Shown piece by piece: positions 60,791 through 64,000 of a stretch of 64,000 nt of DNA; within the stretch, counting starts at the first letter, position 1, and each line of letters starts with the position of its first letter. Below the pieces are notes generated by a model. That model searched no databases, had not been told where the DNA came from, and was given only the letters and a program-made list of their open reading frames with translations. Both the position numbers and the translations under genes were made by a program. Source of the DNA: the human T2T-CHM13v2.0 reference genome, Homo sapiens. The DNA lies in NCBI RefSeq assembly GCF_009914755.1, contig NC_060926.1. The stretch is one strand, 5' to 3'.

Positions 60791-63509
60791 CGACAGGAGC
60801 CCAGAGTAGAGCATGCCTATTACCTCCCCACCATGATGGAGTTGGTTTACTATAACACATGCTGTTCTTTTGACTTTCTATTAAACAAAAATTTCTTGAG
60901 TGCATGCTTATGCCTGACACTGTGCCAGACACAAGAGACCAGAGGAGCTAGGCATACTCTTAGCATCAGTGGTCCTGTTCTATGCCTCTCCCAAAAGGTG
61001 GTACTCTTCTAGAGGAAGAGATAAAATACATACACAAATGATTGTATCTCATGGCATGAGGAGACATGCTGTAAGAGAGGTTCAGATAACATTCAGTGGA
61101 TATCAAGAAAGGTCCTGTAGAGAAAGGTGCATTTAAGCTACAGATAGATGGATCTGAGGGGAGGGGATGCCTCACAGAGGAAACAAACTAGAACTGGCAC
61201 AGAAACAGGGAAGTGCAAGGCATGTCCAAGAAAAAGTCACATTCTTCATCAATGTCACTGGCACGTCTTCAAATTACAAAGATCATACGTGAGGCAGATT
61301 CTCTTTTATGTGAAGTAAAAAAAAATTAAAATTAAAATTAAAATAAATTTGCAAGATCTTTGACACCCTCTAAAGACACTAAGTGCCTCCAGAGTCAATT
61401 CAATTCCCCAGGCATTTATGGAGCACCAACTGTTTTTCCATCAAATAAGAGTTTCTTCCAATCTACAAAGGCATCCTAATTTTAAAAAAATTTCATCAAA
61501 TATTTTCCATATTTTTAAAAATGCTTGGAGGCGATAACTTGTCAATATTCTACTAAACTGGCAGAAATGTTTCCAGGAGGTATATTCTGATATTTAACAA
61601 ACTGTAAAGCACAAAGCAAGTGTGGTTCTCCTTTTCCTCTTATTATTAATTTAAAGTTACAAGAAAGTAAAGCATGTGGAAAAACAGAGTATTAGAGTTA
61701 AGTATGTGAGGCCCAGAGCCAAATATCCTACTCTGCCTCAGTTCACTCATTAGTAAAAAGGGAATAGTAATGGTATCTACCTCCCTGGAGTGTCACAAGA
61801 ACAAATGCTATAGCTATGGTGACTATATATCAGGCATATAATAAGTTTCAGTGTATGACCGCTCTTATTACCAATAGCATCCCTTTCTGCCTCTCTATTC
61901 ACTTCCTATCAACCAAGATGGGCCCTCAACAAAAGAACTATTGGCATTTAAGCCCAGACAATTCTTTGTAGTATGGAACTATCCTGTGTATTGCAACGGT
62001 TTAGCATTCCTGTCCTCTGCCCTCTAAATGCTGGCAGGGATACTCAGGCATTGTGACAATCAAAAAATGCTACTATATGTTTCCAAAGGTTCCCTGAGGG
62101 AGATGAACCAACTAGGAATCAGTGAACTAAAACAAAGAAAATGTCACACGCTATGCCCAGACAGACAGCAAGCTGGAAATTTTTCAGGCAGGAAAATTAA
62201 AAAAAAAAAAAAAGTTGAATATTTATGAATGTAATTAACATACACATACATTGAAAAGACATGTCTAATATTCCCATAAATAAAACATGCCAACTTATAA
62301 AACAAATAACAAGAATTATCAAAAACGGCAACAAATAAAAGCTTTCTCTTTGTTCCATGGTGACTCTCTCCTTTTCTCATCACTTCCAAGTGCACAAGTC
62401 TAGTTCTACCCTCATCATCTGTCACCCAGATAATCCCAGTAATCCTCTAACTTAACTAGTTCATCTGCTTTCTCTCATTGCAGCAAGTATTCTTTTTACA
62501 AAATGAAAATCTGAGCATTGTACTTCCCAGCTTACATTTCTTCAAAGGCACCAAACTTCTTAGCTTGACATACAAAATCCTCCACAGTCCACTCTCCCAA
62601 CTCCTTCAAGACTCAGTTCAAATGGCAATCTGTGCGGTCTTCCTTGGCCCTTGGTCCTCTCAGGTCTAGTTGACTACATCACTGCCTTTTCTGTGCTCCC
62701 AAACTTCTATTATAGACCTCTCACCCTGTAGCACAATTGTTTATTTGCATGTCTTATTCATCTATGCATGTCAGTTCCTGATTAAAAAAAAGCTTGCAAT
62801 AAACGTGTGTGAAAGAAATACATCAGTGATTATTTTAACTGTAATTATTAACCAAGTCTAGCTTGACAGCTTTCTCACCTATTGAACATCTCACTGACCT
62901 TTCTGTAGTTTCATGAAATAATAAGGAACTTTTGCAAGAGAGAAAACTCTTCATTGACTGTGATTCTTACATGCTCTGTCTAAAACCTCTCACAAAATCA
63001 AGTGCTCCTCTTCAAGTGTAGTCTTCCCTGGGCAAATCCTTCTCCTTGCCCAGAGGACACATCTGACCTCCACTCAGACCCATGCTTCCATCATTCCTGT
63101 TCTCAGAGTTACAGAGACATCATCAGCAAGTTCTGCATAAAACCAAGTTACAGAAAGCATGCACAGGACACCTAAAATGGAAACACCAGGTCCACCAACG
63201 TTTGAACTTCTTGGCAACTTTACATTTGGATCTGTGCCTTCAAGACCTGGGAGGTGAAGAACCAAACATTCTTGGGGGAAGAAAGGCAGGTGACCAGGCC
63301 TGTCTTCCAACATTTTTTTGTCTAGTAGTTTCATCTGCTTTAAAAAGCTGTATTTTTCCCCAGCAATTTCTATGGATAGAGAATTTGACAAGTGGTTTCT
63401 TTATTTCAAAAAATCACAGCATGGTGGCTGCTTTGCTGCATGACCTAACCAAGAGCTGGTCAACTATGAATGATTTAATATCAGGTTCCCTGTGGGGCCA
63501 AATGTTTAC

Positions 63510-63700
63510 TGAATGCTCACCAAGTGCCAGGACCTTGCATGTTCACAATATCCTTTAAATATTCCCAGGTACCTATAAGGTAGAAATTACTAACACCCAT
63601 TGTATAGTCCAGGAAACTGAAGCTCAGAGAGCTTCAGAGGTACACATCTGGAAAGCAGTCGAGCTAAATCTCTGAGCTGTGATTCCAGACCATGTCCCAG
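63510..63700 (-). mobile_element. MIR SINE
   Basis: CCCATTGTATAGTCCAGGAAACTGAAGCTCAGAGAG core. Confidence 0.65.
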
Positions 63701-64000
63701 TACCAGAAAGGGTTTGGCCACAGGTTAACTATGTCCAGGGAAGTTGGGAAGGGGTAGTTGGGGTATGGCCAGAAAGCTTCTATAATAATAGGAAGAGCCC
63801 AGAATTTTGCTTGGCAGCCAGTGATTTAAATTTACAACAGTGGCTTCAGCTCAGTTTCACAATTTAATCTATCCTTAATACCTTAAAGGAAGCCATAGAA
63901 ATTTTCTCTTTATAAAATGTGAGAATAGCATAGAATTTTTGCAAATACATAAATATTTACTAACTCCTCAAAAGTTATTCAAGATGCCAAATATCCCTTC

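Noticed and set aside
63074-63558. Overlapping 105-aa and 158-aa ORFs in intron 1
   Set aside because: No recognisable protein family, no poly(A)/TSD hallmarks of a retrocopy, and the 3' end runs into a MIR; BLASTX would be decisive

Overview
Primate genomic DNA (human or another great ape) lying entirely inside the LRP2/megalin gene on the minus strand. Ten GT-AG coding exons (exons 2-11 by standard numbering, c.80-c.1341) splice in frame. They encode the seven N-terminal LDL-receptor class A repeats, two EGF-like modules and the start of the first YWTD propeller. Exon 1 and the promoter lie beyond the right edge, and exon 12 lies beyond the left edge. The introns hold 16 Alu elements or monomers (15 antisense to LRP2), MER/Tigger DNA-transposon fossils, MIR/L2/L3/L1M/MLT remnants and microsatellites. 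Two retrotransposons stand out. The first is a ~5.6 kb L1PA (about L1PA5) whose 5' UTR lacks exactly the known 97/622 intron, meaning it was retrotransposed from spliced RNA (a SpIRE). The second is a 2.4 kb SVA antisense in intron 1 with a perfect 19-bp TSD but almost no SINE-R. Also noted are the Ser83 allele, inverted Alus bracketing exon 10, a near-perfect DR1 nuclear-receptor site in intron 1 and an unidentified two-copy repeat. I found no support for a new biological system. Repeat family names come from remembered consensus sequences, not from a database search.
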